From positions 1-29,540 of the forward strand of contig CAYNFB010000011.1 in the NCBI GenBank assembly GCA_964396355.1: a stretch of 29,540 nucleotides of DNA, read 5' to 3'. This stretch comes from an uncultured Leptospirales bacterium. Lineage in GTDB: Bacteria; Spirochaetota; UBA4802; UBA5550. Below the pieces are notes generated by a model. The model was not told where the DNA came from, searched no databases, and worked only from the letters and a program-made list of their open reading frames with translations. Made by a program: the position numbers and the translations under genes. The number at the start of each line of letters is the position of its first letter. Within the stretch, counting starts at the first letter, position 1. Of the stretch, positions 17,539 to 26,773 are shown piece by piece.

Positions 17539-18852
17539 ATGTTTAATAAAGAAATAGAATCAATGCCTGAAATAAAAATGAAAGAGCTTCAGCTTGAGAG
17601 ACTTAAGTGGTCAATTTCTCACGCCTACAACAATGTTGCACTTTATCGAAAAAAATTCGACCATGCGGGATTTCATCCTGACCAGTTCAGGTCTCTCGAT
17701 GATATGAGGCGTGTTCCTTTCCTGACCAAACAGGATATGAGAGACAGTTATCCATTTGGACTCTTCGCTGTTCCTTTAAACAAGGTAGTGAGGGTTCACT
17801 CATCTTCAGGGACGACAGGAAATGCTACAGTAGTAGGATATACTAAGAATGATACAGAGGTTTTTGCCGAGGTTGTGGCAAGGAGTCTTGCCTCATACGG
17901 TCTTGATGAAAATGATATAATACAGAATGCCTACGGATACGGACTGTTCACCTGTGGCCTTGGACTGCACGACGGAGTGGAAAAACGCTGCGCCATGACC
18001 GTGCCAATCTCAGGAGGCAATACTCCCCGGCAGCTTATGCTTATCAAGGATTTTGGAACGACCGCACTCTGTTCAACTCCTTCATATGCGCTTAATATTG
18101 CAGACTTTATCGAAAAGAACATGCCTGATTATGATATTAAATCAACGAAGCTCCGGGTCGGCGTATTCGGTGCAGAGCCCTGGACCGAGGAGATGAGACT
18201 TGAAATTGAAAAAAGACTGGGGATAGATGCATACGATATCTACGGTCTCAGCGAGGTAATCGGACCCGGCGTGTCGGCCGAGTGTTCCGAGAAAAACGGA
18301 CTTCACGTATTCGAGGATCACTTTTACGTAGAGATAATAGATCCTGAAACAGGAGAGATTCTGCCTGAAGGCGAAGAAGGAGAGATCGTATATACATCTC
18401 TTACCAAGGAGGCCTTTCCCGGAATCAGATACAGATCAAAGGATATAACAAGGCTCTATCATGACGGATGTAAATGCGGCAGGACTCTGGTAAAAATGGA
18501 CAAGGTTACCGGAAGATCCGATGACATGCTGATTATAAGGGGTGTCAATGTCTTCCCGAGTCAGATAGAGTCGCTTCTCATGCAGACTAAGGGGATAGAG
18601 CCTCATTATCAGATCATTGTTGACAGAAAAGGTTCTATGGATGATATTGAGGTGATGGTTGAGGTCAATGAGACGGTTTTCTCAGATGAGATAAAGATAC
18701 TCAACGGACTGTCGAAAAATATAAGCGACCGCTTTAAGAGCACACTGGGAATATCTGCAAAGATAACTCTCGTTGAGCCTCAGACTATTCCCCGGAGTGA
18801 GGGTAAGGCGGTACGTGTTGTGGACAGAAGAAAAAATCAGGGGGATAAATAA
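17539..18852 (+). CDS. paaK: Phenylacetate-CoA ligase
   Basis: HSSSGTTG P-loop, [64 protein letters not shown]. Confidence 0.93.
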   Translation: MFNKEIESMPEIKMKELQLERLKWSISHAYNNVALYRKKFDHAGFHPDQFRSLDDMRRVPFLTKQDMRDSYPFGLFAVPLNKVVRVHSSSGTTGNATVVGYTKNDTEVFAEVVARSLASYGLDENDIIQNAYGYGLFTCGLGLHDGVEKRCAMTVPISGGNTPRQLMLIKDFGTTALCSTPSYALNIADFIEKNMPDYDIKSTKLRVGVFGAEPWTEEMRLEIEKRLGIDAYDIYGLSEVIGPGVSAECSEKNGLHVFEDHFYVEIIDPETGEILPEGEEGEIVYTSLTKEAFPGIRYRSKDITRLYHDGCKCGRTLVKMDKVTGRSDDMLIIRGVNVFPSQIESLLMQTKGIEPHYQIIVDRKGSMDDIEVMVEVNETVFSDEIKILNGLSKNISDRFKSTLGISAKITLVEPQTIPRSEGKAVRVVDRRKNQGDK

Positions 18853-18853
18853 T

Positions 18854-19291
18854 ATGAATGTAACTCAGCTTTCCGCCTTTGTGTCGAATAAGCCCGGTCA
18901 TCTTCAGAAAGTGCTTAAGGTTCTGGCCGATCAGGACATTAACATAATAACTCTGACCATTGCAGAGACTTCAGATTTCGGTATCCTGAGGATGATTGTA
19001 AATGATCCCGAAAAGGGACTGGCGGCTCTCAAGGAAAATCATATCACATGTTCAACAACGGATGTTCTTGCTCTTGAAATCAGCGATACTCCCGGATCGC
19101 TGTTTAAGGCGCTGGATGCATTTGCCGATATGAATCTGAATATTGAGTATATGTACGCCTTTACAGAGAAGCGGCATGGAAAGGCCGTTATGATTTTCAG
19201 ATTTGAAGATATTGAAGAAGCCAAAACCGCTCTTGACGGTAAGGGCTATAATATTGTTAGAAAGATAGATATAATCGGAGATAATAAATGA
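18854..19291 (+). CDS. Tandem ACT-domain protein
   Basis: QLSAFVSNKPG...INI, DFGILRMIV, DTPGSL...NIEYMYAF; typical paaK neighbour. Confidence 0.9.
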   Translation: MNVTQLSAFVSNKPGHLQKVLKVLADQDINIITLTIAETSDFGILRMIVNDPEKGLAALKENHITCSTTDVLALEISDTPGSLFKALDAFADMNLNIEYMYAFTEKRHGKAVMIFRFEDIEEAKTALDGKGYNIVRKIDIIGDNK

Positions 19292-20844
19292 CAAAGAAAG
19301 TGATGTTGGGAAATGAGGCAATCGCAAGAGGAGCCTGGGAAGCCGGATGCACTGTTGCAGCAGGATATCCGGGGACTCCAAGTACGGAGATTCTGGAGAC
19401 AATTGCCAGAGACTACCGCGAAATCAAGTCGCAGTGGTCGCCTAATGAGAAGGTTGCCCTGGAAGTTGCGGCAGGAGCATCCATTGCCGGAGCAAGATCT
19501 CTTGCAACTATGAAACACGTGGGCCTCAATGTAGCCGCAGATCCTCTCTTTACATTTTCATATACCGGAGTAAACGGTGGGTTTGTCATTATAAATGCAG
19601 ATGATCCCGGAGCCTGGAGTTCCCAGAACGAACAGGATAACAGACATCTGGCAAGGGCCGCCAAGGTTCCCATGCTTGATGCATCGAGCCCCGAGGAGGC
19701 CAAAGAGTTCACCAGACGCGCATTTGAAATCTCCGAGCAGTTTGACCGGCCGGTCATCGTGAGAATTACAACCAGAATTGCTCATTCTCAGGGATTGGTT
19801 GAGCAGGGTGAACGGGAGAATGTTCCACTAAAGGAATTTATCAGGGATCCTAAAAAATATGTAATGATACCCGCCCATGCAAGGCCTAAACATAAATTTA
19901 TTGAAGAGCAGCAGGTGAAGCTTACTGAATTTTCCTGTAATGCAGGTTTCAACAGAATTGAAATGGGGAATAAGAAGCGCGGAATTATAACAAATTCAGT
20001 GGCATATCAGCACGTAAAGGAAAAATGCCCCGATGATTCAGTTCTAAAAATCGGAATGGTATGGCCCATGCCTGATGATCTTATCCGGGAATTTGCATCA
20101 CAGGTGGAGGAACTCTATGTTGTTGAAGAACTTGATCCTTTCATCGAAGACTATGTGAAAGCAATGGGCTATAAGGTTACCGGTAAGGACATTATCCCTA
20201 TGTGCGGAGAGCTGACTCCTGAAATCATAGACATGGCTCTGAACGGAAAATCTCCTGAAAGGGCACTGCCTGATTACGATACAGAGCTTCCGTCAAGACC
20301 TCCGGGACTCTGCAAGGGATGCCCTCACTCCTTCGTCTTCAATGTTTTGAAGAAACTTGATCTGACAGTTAACGGTGATATAGGCTGCTATACTCTTGGG
20401 GTTCTTCCTCCCTATTCCGCCATGCATACTCAGGGATGTATGGGTGCGAGTATAGGAATGCATCTGGGTTTTGAAAAAGCCAGAGGTGAGGAAATGGCTG
20501 CCAATTCGGTTGCCGTTATAGGAGACTCAACATTTGTCCATTCAGGAATAACTCCGCTTATTGATATGGTCTACAACAAGGGTACCGGAACTGTGCTGAT
20601 TCTAGATAACAGGGTAACTGCAATGACGGGCCAGCAGGACAATCCGGCTACCGGAGTTACACTGATGGGAGAGGAGACTCATGAGCTGAATCTTGCTCTT
20701 CTCTGCGAATCTGTGGGAGTTAGACGTGTTGTTACAGTTGACCCTAAGAATACAGAGGAGTTTGAAAGGATTGTGAAGGAGGAGGTTGCAGCCAGAGAAC
20801 CTTCAGTTATAATATCAAAAAGAAAGTGCATACTGAAAAAGTGA
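19288..20844 (+). CDS. iorA: Indolepyruvate:ferredoxin oxidoreductase alpha subunit (short form, no C-terminal ferredoxin domain)
   Basis: GNEAIARG, GYPGTPSTE, MKHVGLNVAAD, CKGCPH, GDIGCY, GDSTFVHSG TPP motif. Confidence 0.93.
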   Translation: MTKKVMLGNEAIARGAWEAGCTVAAGYPGTPSTEILETIARDYREIKSQWSPNEKVALEVAAGASIAGARSLATMKHVGLNVAADPLFTFSYTGVNGGFVIINADDPGAWSSQNEQDNRHLARAAKVPMLDASSPEEAKEFTRRAFEISEQFDRPVIVRITTRIAHSQGLVEQGERENVPLKEFIRDPKKYVMIPAHARPKHKFIEEQQVKLTEFSCNAGFNRIEMGNKKRGIITNSVAYQHVKEKCPDDSVLKIGMVWPMPDDLIREFASQVEELYVVEELDPFIEDYVKAMGYKVTGKDIIPMCGELTPEIIDMALNGKSPERALPDYDTELPSRPPGLCKGCPHSFVFNVLKKLDLTVNGDIGCYTLGVLPPYSAMHTQGCMGASIGMHLGFEKARGEEMAANSVAVIGDSTFVHSGITPLIDMVYNKGTGTVLILDNRVTAMTGQQDNPATGVTLMGEETHELNLALLCESVGVRRVVTVDPKNTEEFERIVKEEVAAREPSVIISKRKCILKK

Positions 20845-20852
20845 GGGGCAAA

Positions 20853-21422
20853 ATGAAGAATGTAATATTTTCCGGAGTGGGCGGTCAGGGAGTCATCCTG
20901 GCCAGCAAGGTGCTCATGGAAGTGGCAATGATAGAGGGCTTTGATGTTAAGGAATCGGAAGTTCACGGTATGGCCCAGAGGGGCGGAAGTGTGGAGTGTA
21001 ATGTGCGATTCGGTGAAAAGGTCTATTCTCCTCTCATCCCGAAGGGAGAAGCGGATTTTGTTGTGAGTTTTGAATTTCTTGAATCAATGAGAAAAATTGA
21101 ATATCTCTCAAAAGATGCATTTCTTATCGTAAACAAAGAGCAGATAAATCCTACACCTGTAGAGATGGGTGTCATGGAGTACCCCCCGGACATTGAAGAG
21201 TGGCTCAAGAAAAATTTTGTAAACACTGTGATTGTGGATACAAAGGAGGCTCTCAAAGAGGCGGGCACGAAGAAGGCGCTGAATATAGTGATGCTCGGAT
21301 GTCTTTCTAAATATCTGGATTTCCATGTTAATGTATGGGAGGACACGATAAAGTCTCTGGTAAAGGAAAAATTTATAGAGCAGAATATAAAGGCATTTCA
21401 TCTGGGAAGAGAACTCGTGTAA
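20853..21422 (+). CDS. iorB: Indolepyruvate:ferredoxin oxidoreductase beta subunit
   Basis: GVGGQGVILAS, SEVHGMAQRGGSV, NIVMLG, NIKAFHLG. Confidence 0.93.
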   Translation: MKNVIFSGVGGQGVILASKVLMEVAMIEGFDVKESEVHGMAQRGGSVECNVRFGEKVYSPLIPKGEADFVVSFEFLESMRKIEYLSKDAFLIVNKEQINPTPVEMGVMEYPPDIEEWLKKNFVNTVIVDTKEALKEAGTKKALNIVMLGCLSKYLDFHVNVWEDTIKSLVKEKFIEQNIKAFHLGRELV

Positions 21423-21445
21423 TATTTAATATGAAAAGAACTTCG

Positions 21446-21482
21446 AAAGGGGGAGGCGGGCACTGGCCTGTCTCCCCTTTTT
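21446..21482 (+). terminator. Rho-independent terminator after iorB
   Basis: GGGGGAGGCGGGC-ACTG-GCCTGTCTCCCC stem (with G:U pairs) followed by a T-run. Confidence 0.85.
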
Positions 21483-21506
21483 ATTATATCTGAGAGAGGT
21501 ATTTTG

Positions 21507-22613
21507 ATGGACGAAAAAATCTCTGAGCTGAAGGACGATAAACTCTATAATCGAATTAAACTCAGGCTCACCGCTGCAGATCTCCTTAAAGATATTCTGC
21601 TTATTTCAATACTGGCATTTTCCGGAATTTCTAATTATGCAGCTGATCTTGCAAGTCTATGGAATAATCAGTATCTGGACTTCTTAACATTTATCATGCT
21701 TCTTGGTGTGGTGTTTTCTTCTATTGGCATTCCGCTGGACTACTATGGATCCTACGTGGTGGAACACAGATTCGGCCTGTCCAATCAGAGCTTTCTCAGG
21801 TGGGTGGGAGAGAAGGGCAAGTCCACACTGGTAGGATTTGTAATAATGCTTCCTCTTTCTCTTCTGTTCTACTTTTTCCTTAAGAGCGCAGGTGAACTCT
21901 GGTGGCTTTACTTTTCTATTGTTCTATTCACTTTCTCTGTACTTCTTGCGAAAATTGCTCCGGTTATTATAATGCCTCTCTTCTATACTTTTACTGAAAT
22001 CGAAGAGGGGGAGGTGAAGGAGCGCATCAGGGCAGTTACAGACAATGCAGGCATCGGGATTAAGGGCATTTTTAAGTTTGATATGAGCAAAAATACAAAA
22101 AAGGCAAATGCCGGTTTTACGGGACTGGGCAGCAGCAAGAGAATAATTCTGAGCGACACACTGCTTGATGATTTTACTCCCGGTGAGATCGCCATTGTCT
22201 TTGCCCATGAGGCAGGGCATTACAATAAGAAGCATATTCTGAAGAATCTTGTACTCAGTACAGTTATTATATTCCTTACCTTTTATCTCTGCTCGCTTTT
22301 CTACTCTGCGTCAATATCCTCTATGGGGTTTACCGAAATATATGATCTGGGCGCACTGCCTGTTCTTCTCTTCTACCTTACAGTGTCCGGCCTTGTGATG
22401 ATGCCACTTACTAATTACATCTCAAGGAGGTACGAGGTTGAGGCCGATACCAGCGCACTCGAACTTACCGGGGACAGGGAAAGCTTTATCTCGGCAATGG
22501 AAAAACTTGCAGATATAAATCTTGCCGACAGAGATCCTTCCCCAATCGTTGAATTTTTCCTCTACAGCCATCCTTCTATAAAGAAGAGAATTGAGTTTGC
22601 CGGTAAATTCTGA
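21507..22613 (+). CDS. M48 (Ste24-like) membrane zinc metallopeptidase
   Basis: NAGFTGLG, HEAGH, EVEAD, YSHP; multiple TM segments. Confidence 0.92.
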   Translation: MDEKISELKDDKLYNRIKLRLTAADLLKDILLISILAFSGISNYAADLASLWNNQYLDFLTFIMLLGVVFSSIGIPLDYYGSYVVEHRFGLSNQSFLRWVGEKGKSTLVGFVIMLPLSLLFYFFLKSAGELWWLYFSIVLFTFSVLLAKIAPVIIMPLFYTFTEIEEGEVKERIRAVTDNAGIGIKGIFKFDMSKNTKKANAGFTGLGSSKRIILSDTLLDDFTPGEIAIVFAHEAGHYNKKHILKNLVLSTVIIFLTFYLCSLFYSASISSMGFTEIYDLGALPVLLFYLTVSGLVMMPLTNYISRRYEVEADTSALELTGDRESFISAMEKLADINLADRDPSPIVEFFLYSHPSIKKRIEFAGKF

Positions 22614-23578
22614 TGAGAGAAAGCAAAGATTATTCGGCCGTTTTTCTTGATATAATATTTGCTTTCACCTATGCACTCATCCCGTTTATCATCCGGGCTG
22701 CAGGAGATTCCGCTTTTCTCTCTCCTCTTGTTCATCTGCGGGCGGGAGCGGCAAATCTCTTTGTCTATCCTCTCACGTGTATGGTTATGATACATCTGGT
22801 GTCATCAGACAGGCAGAGGCAGGACGGAGTGAATTTTCTGGGTACTATATTGTGGAAGTGGTATTCCTGGCCCATGGGCATACTCTTCTGGATATGTCTT
22901 TTCTTCCACAGCGTGTGGATGATAATGAGCTTCGGATGGGGGGAGATGATTTACGGCCCGGAGATCTATTCTCATGCCACAGCCTTCGACAGCGCAGTTA
23001 TGATCGCAGGAGGTGTTTTCTTCTTCCTCTTTTCTATTTATCTTACAGTATCGCTCAGTGGTTTTAAAATTAATAAAATAGGTAATTTTATAAGTGAGTG
23101 GCTTCCTTCAAAGGGGGAAGCCCTGTCGATGGTTGTACTGAAGTGTTCAGTGCTGATTTTTATTGGGCCTGTCTTCCTGCTTGTTGAAGCAGCCATACTG
23201 CTGGTTATTCCGGCTTATCTCTTCTGTATAATGTGGGTATATTTTTTCAGCAGATCAGGTGAGCAGAATAAAAAGCTCCATCTGCCTTTTAAAGAGCTTC
23301 CATTTCCTGCGCCTGCAGGCAGGATTATTCTATATATATACGCATTTCTCATGGCATTTTTCTTTGATGCAGGAGTTGCGCACATGGTCGGCATAAGCCG
23401 GGAGCCCGGCGGTTATATGCCCTTCTGGCTTGCAGCTCTCTTTGCTCTTGGACTCTTCTATATTCCCTACAGAACATTCTTTAATCTCGGCAGCGGCAGA
23501 AACAAACTATCATGGATTACATTTTTTACAGGTATTGCTATAGTTTTCATAGAGACTTTAAACAGGTTTCAGCACTGA
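22613..23578 (+). CDS. Hypothetical polytopic membrane protein
   Basis: 321 aa, about 8 hydrophobic segments; start overlaps the M48 stop (TGATG). Confidence 0.75.
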   Translation: MRESKDYSAVFLDIIFAFTYALIPFIIRAAGDSAFLSPLVHLRAGAANLFVYPLTCMVMIHLVSSDRQRQDGVNFLGTILWKWYSWPMGILFWICLFFHSVWMIMSFGWGEMIYGPEIYSHATAFDSAVMIAGGVFFFLFSIYLTVSLSGFKINKIGNFISEWLPSKGEALSMVVLKCSVLIFIGPVFLLVEAAILLVIPAYLFCIMWVYFFSRSGEQNKKLHLPFKELPFPAPAGRIILYIYAFLMAFFFDAGVAHMVGISREPGGYMPFWLAALFALGLFYIPYRTFFNLGSGRNKLSWITFFTGIAIVFIETLNRFQH

Positions 23579-23587
23579 ATTATTTGA

Positions 23588-23627
23588 ATAATAAGGACAA
23601 GGGGCTTCAGCCCCTTGTCCTTATTAT
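23588..23627. terminator. Bidirectional terminator between convergent genes
   Basis: Perfect 18-bp stem ATAATAAGGACAAGGGGC-TTCA-GCCCCTTGTCCTTATTAT. Confidence 0.85.
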
Positions 23628-23629
23628 CT

Positions 23630-26251
23630 TCAGTCTTTCTTGTTTTTTATTTCTTTATACCACTCAGAGTGATGTTTTTTTGCCCACTTTTCGCTGACCA
23701 TTCCGTCTACCATGGTTCTCCATGTGCCGGGATTCGCAAGAGTTCCAAGATACGCATGTCCCAGAATCGTAGCAAGAAAAAATACCGAACCGAGTCCGTG
23801 AATAGTCGATATCAGACAGGTAAGAGTGAGAGGCAGTGATGATTTAAAGATCATCAGTATACCGGTTACACCCATTACTGCCGTGAGAATCAGTATCCAC
23901 CAGAATGCATATTTCTGACCTGCATTGAGTCTTCCGGCGGGAGCCTCGACATTATCGTCTCTGGTCAGGTATCCGCCCTGGACCTCCATCCACTGCTTAT
24001 CATAATCCTGGAATTTTGCATCTTTCACCCAGAGCTTGTAACTGTAGATGCTTGCTGCAATAAAGATCAATCCATAGACTATATGCCAGTTTACTGCAGA
24101 CTGCTGATTGTCAAAGAAGAAGCCCAGCATTGCGGCATTATTGTAGAAGAAGATTCCTCCGGTAAATGCCAGCCCAATGAATGTAATCATCCTTGCAAAG
24201 TGAGTCCATCTTTCTGCGATGGTGAATCTCTCTATGGTGGCCGGCTCAAGAAGCAGATCGGCGCCCTTTGGCCCCCTTCCTGTATAGTGAATCATCAGGA
24301 AGAATCCTATCACAATGAGAAATATGCTGGCGTATGGAGTGACTATCGCCTGATGAAACATGTTCACGTAGAAGGAGAACGGGTTGCAGCCAATCAGTCT
24401 TCCGTTTCTTGTGAACTCAGGGACACCCTCTTCATTCCATAGTCTTGTAAGAGTGTAGTTGCGAAATACCTGCCCGTCTAGCCCGTGACAGTCCAGACAT
24501 CCGTCGGCTCCAAGAGCTTCGCTGGCTGGAGCTACATTGTGATTTATGTTGAAGGCCTCGGCCCTGCCCACCCACGTTGTATCATCTTCACCGATTAGCT
24601 CATCACTCTCATTGAGATGATAGAGTTTTCCAAAGAAATGCATCTGAGGATCAACCTTTGTAAACCTTTTGTTGTCCTTCAGTGTTTTCTTCAGTGTAGA
24701 GAGAAAGAGCTTAATCTCTTCTTTCTTATACAGTTTCGGCTTTCCTGCAAAGGGCCCTTTCTTATATGGCTGTTTTGTTATTTTGCCCTTCACCATATTG
24801 TAGGCCTTCTTAATCTCCTTCATGAAGAGAGGGTAGTATATGCCGTCGCCGTTTCTGTTTGAATATATCAGACCTGCCGGAAATGAATTTACCGGTTCAA
24901 TTTTATGCGTCTTGTGGTTCCTCGCATATCTCGGGATCCATTCATTATAGGCCGGAATCGGAAGCAGTTTTGATTTAATTTTCTCTTCCAGCGTGGTGTT
25001 AGCCTGGTTCTTAAATTTTCCGAAGTTAATCATGTCACCGGAAGTTACATCAAATGTTGATCCTCCGTTAGCATTAAGGCGTGGGATGTGACATGTTTCA
25101 CAAGTCAGTTTTTCAAGGTGATTGGGCCGTATAGTCTTGTGTTTAGGCCTGGTCGCGCCCATTACTCCTTTCTCGTGACATTGTTTACACGTGAGCATCC
25201 CTTTTCCGTCCAGATCATCCCGTACGGTGCTTACGTTTTCATTTCCCTTGGCAAAGTTATGCTCCTTGTCAATTGAGGGATGGCAGTGAACGCATTCCAG
25301 TCCGCCCATGTTGTGAATATCGTGATTCTTCGGATCATTCCAGGAGAAGCCTCTCTTCTTTCTGTCAGAGAAAGCATGACAGAAAGTACAGTTTCTTGAT
25401 GAGGGGGGGTAGTCCAGATTAACTGCAAGTTTTCCGTCCTCATTGAAGAGACGTTTATTATAGGTTACAGCAGGAGTTACTCCCGACAGGACCTTGCTTT
25501 TTTTGCCATTCTTGTCGGTAATCTTAGCAACAGTACCGCGTACAATTCCGATTCCCGATGCCTGAATTGCCGCCCATTTGAAATTCCATAACTTCAGCTG
25601 TTTGTTTCTTTCCTTAAAATTATAGCCGTCAATATGACATATGAAACAGTCGGCCTCTACAACACCGGACTTGTCCCAGTGGCTCTTGAAGTAATCACCG
25701 TCCAGTGATTTCCTGAGTGAAGGATTTGCCTTTAATGTTTTATCGAACCTCTTTCCGTCTCTGTCAAATTCCAGTCCTCCGCCTCCGGGGTGGCATCCTC
25801 CGCAGCCCGGATTCCCGATCTTATTCAACGATCCTGCCTGTACAAACTGGAAAACAGTTATGTCAATTTCATCCGCTGTCTTATTCTTTTTTTTCGCCAA
25901 CTGGCGAAAGGAAGGGGGTCACATCTTCCCCATCATACCGTCAGACAGCACCCAGGGTTTGTCCTTGCTGAACGTATCGCTTATTTTATCCCAACCCTGC
26001 TGGAAGTGGTAGCCTTTCGTGATTTCATCATAGTTATGGCAGCCCTTAGCTCCGCAGGTTTTTCTTGTGCTCATGACTTTTCCTGCATTCAGTCCGGATA
26101 TCGGATTGATTATTTCTCCTGTTTCAGTCCTGAGATGAAAGGGGGGGCATTCCCTGAATTTAATCTGTGCACTCAGATCAGAAAAATAAAACACTCCGGC
26201 AATAATAAATGTAATAGAAGCCGATAGCTTCAAATACGACGGCTTTCTCAT
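23630..26251 (-). CDS. Putative selenocysteine-containing octaheme cytochrome c fused to FdnI-like cytochrome b (873 aa with UGA read-through)
   Basis: ORFs 25919..26251 and 23630..25900 are in frame and joined by TGA + PPSFRQ. AGGAGG RBS and signal peptide occur only on the first part. One CX4CH and seven CXXCH; C-terminal His-bearing TM helices (RWTHF, NWHIV, GRLNAGQK, TIHG, GHAY). Confidence 0.85.
25884..25918 (-). promoter_or_regulatory. Candidate bacterial SECIS element
   Basis: UGA-CCCCCUUCC-UUUCGCC-AGUU-GGCGAAA: 7-bp perfect stem, loop starts 16 nt after UGA, G at the second loop position. Confidence 0.75.
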
Positions 26252-26725
26252 GCAAATACCTCCTTTTATCAGAAATGAATTTTATCTATATGTGGTCTTT
26301 TAAAAATATTAAATCCGGAGGTAGTATTCAAAAAATATTCATCTGATTAGTTTTTTGTTATTATTATTTTGAATAAAAAAACGTAACAACTTAGCTGTTC
26401 AGCATAAGAATTTGTCAGGATTGCTCTGCTTTTATGATTAGAGATGTTGTTTTTTTATTACTTACTGACAAAGAAATAAAAAAGTTAGTCAAAACGAATT
26501 GTATTGTGAAGAGGTAGTTCCTTTCATACAATTGGATACGGCCACCGTAAGAAAATCAATACTTGAATGCTGTGTATTAAAAATGAGTTTGGCGGTTGAT
26601 TGTAATTTTGGTAATTTTATTGCTACAGACCTGAATTCAAGGCGGGTTCTTTATGACGAAGTATTTGTCTTTGTTTTTCACTCGGCCTGTTCGGCGGGGG
26701 TGAGGAGCAATATATTTTAATTCTT

Positions 26726-26752
26726 CAGCTCCGGTCCTGCCTGCCGGAGCTG
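26726..26752. terminator. GC-rich hairpin downstream of lepA
   Basis: CAGCTCCGG / CCGGAGCTG 9-bp stem, 21 nt past the lepA stop; no U-tract on the lepA strand. Confidence 0.5.
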
Positions 26753-26773
26753 TGTTGCAGTTTGATCTGAATA

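Noticed and set aside
20842-20856. Read-through of the iorA TGA to restore a ferredoxin domain
   Set aside because: The frame hits another TGA after three codons, iorB starts immediately, and there is no SECIS-like hairpin or Cys motif.
23630-25900. Treating the 756 aa ORF as an independent gene starting at TTG 25900
   Set aside because: No SD sequence, no signal peptide for a multiheme protein, and an in-frame upstream ORF supplies both.
7321-26251. Functional link between nifS/nifU and the selenoprotein
   Set aside because: They are 13 kb apart, on opposite strands, with unrelated operons between; no shared motif seen.
26499-26720. 73 aa plus-strand ORF between the cytochrome gene and lepA
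   Set aside because: TTG start without RBS, no recognisable motif; not supportable as coding. Small hairpins near 26680-26705 are too weak to call.
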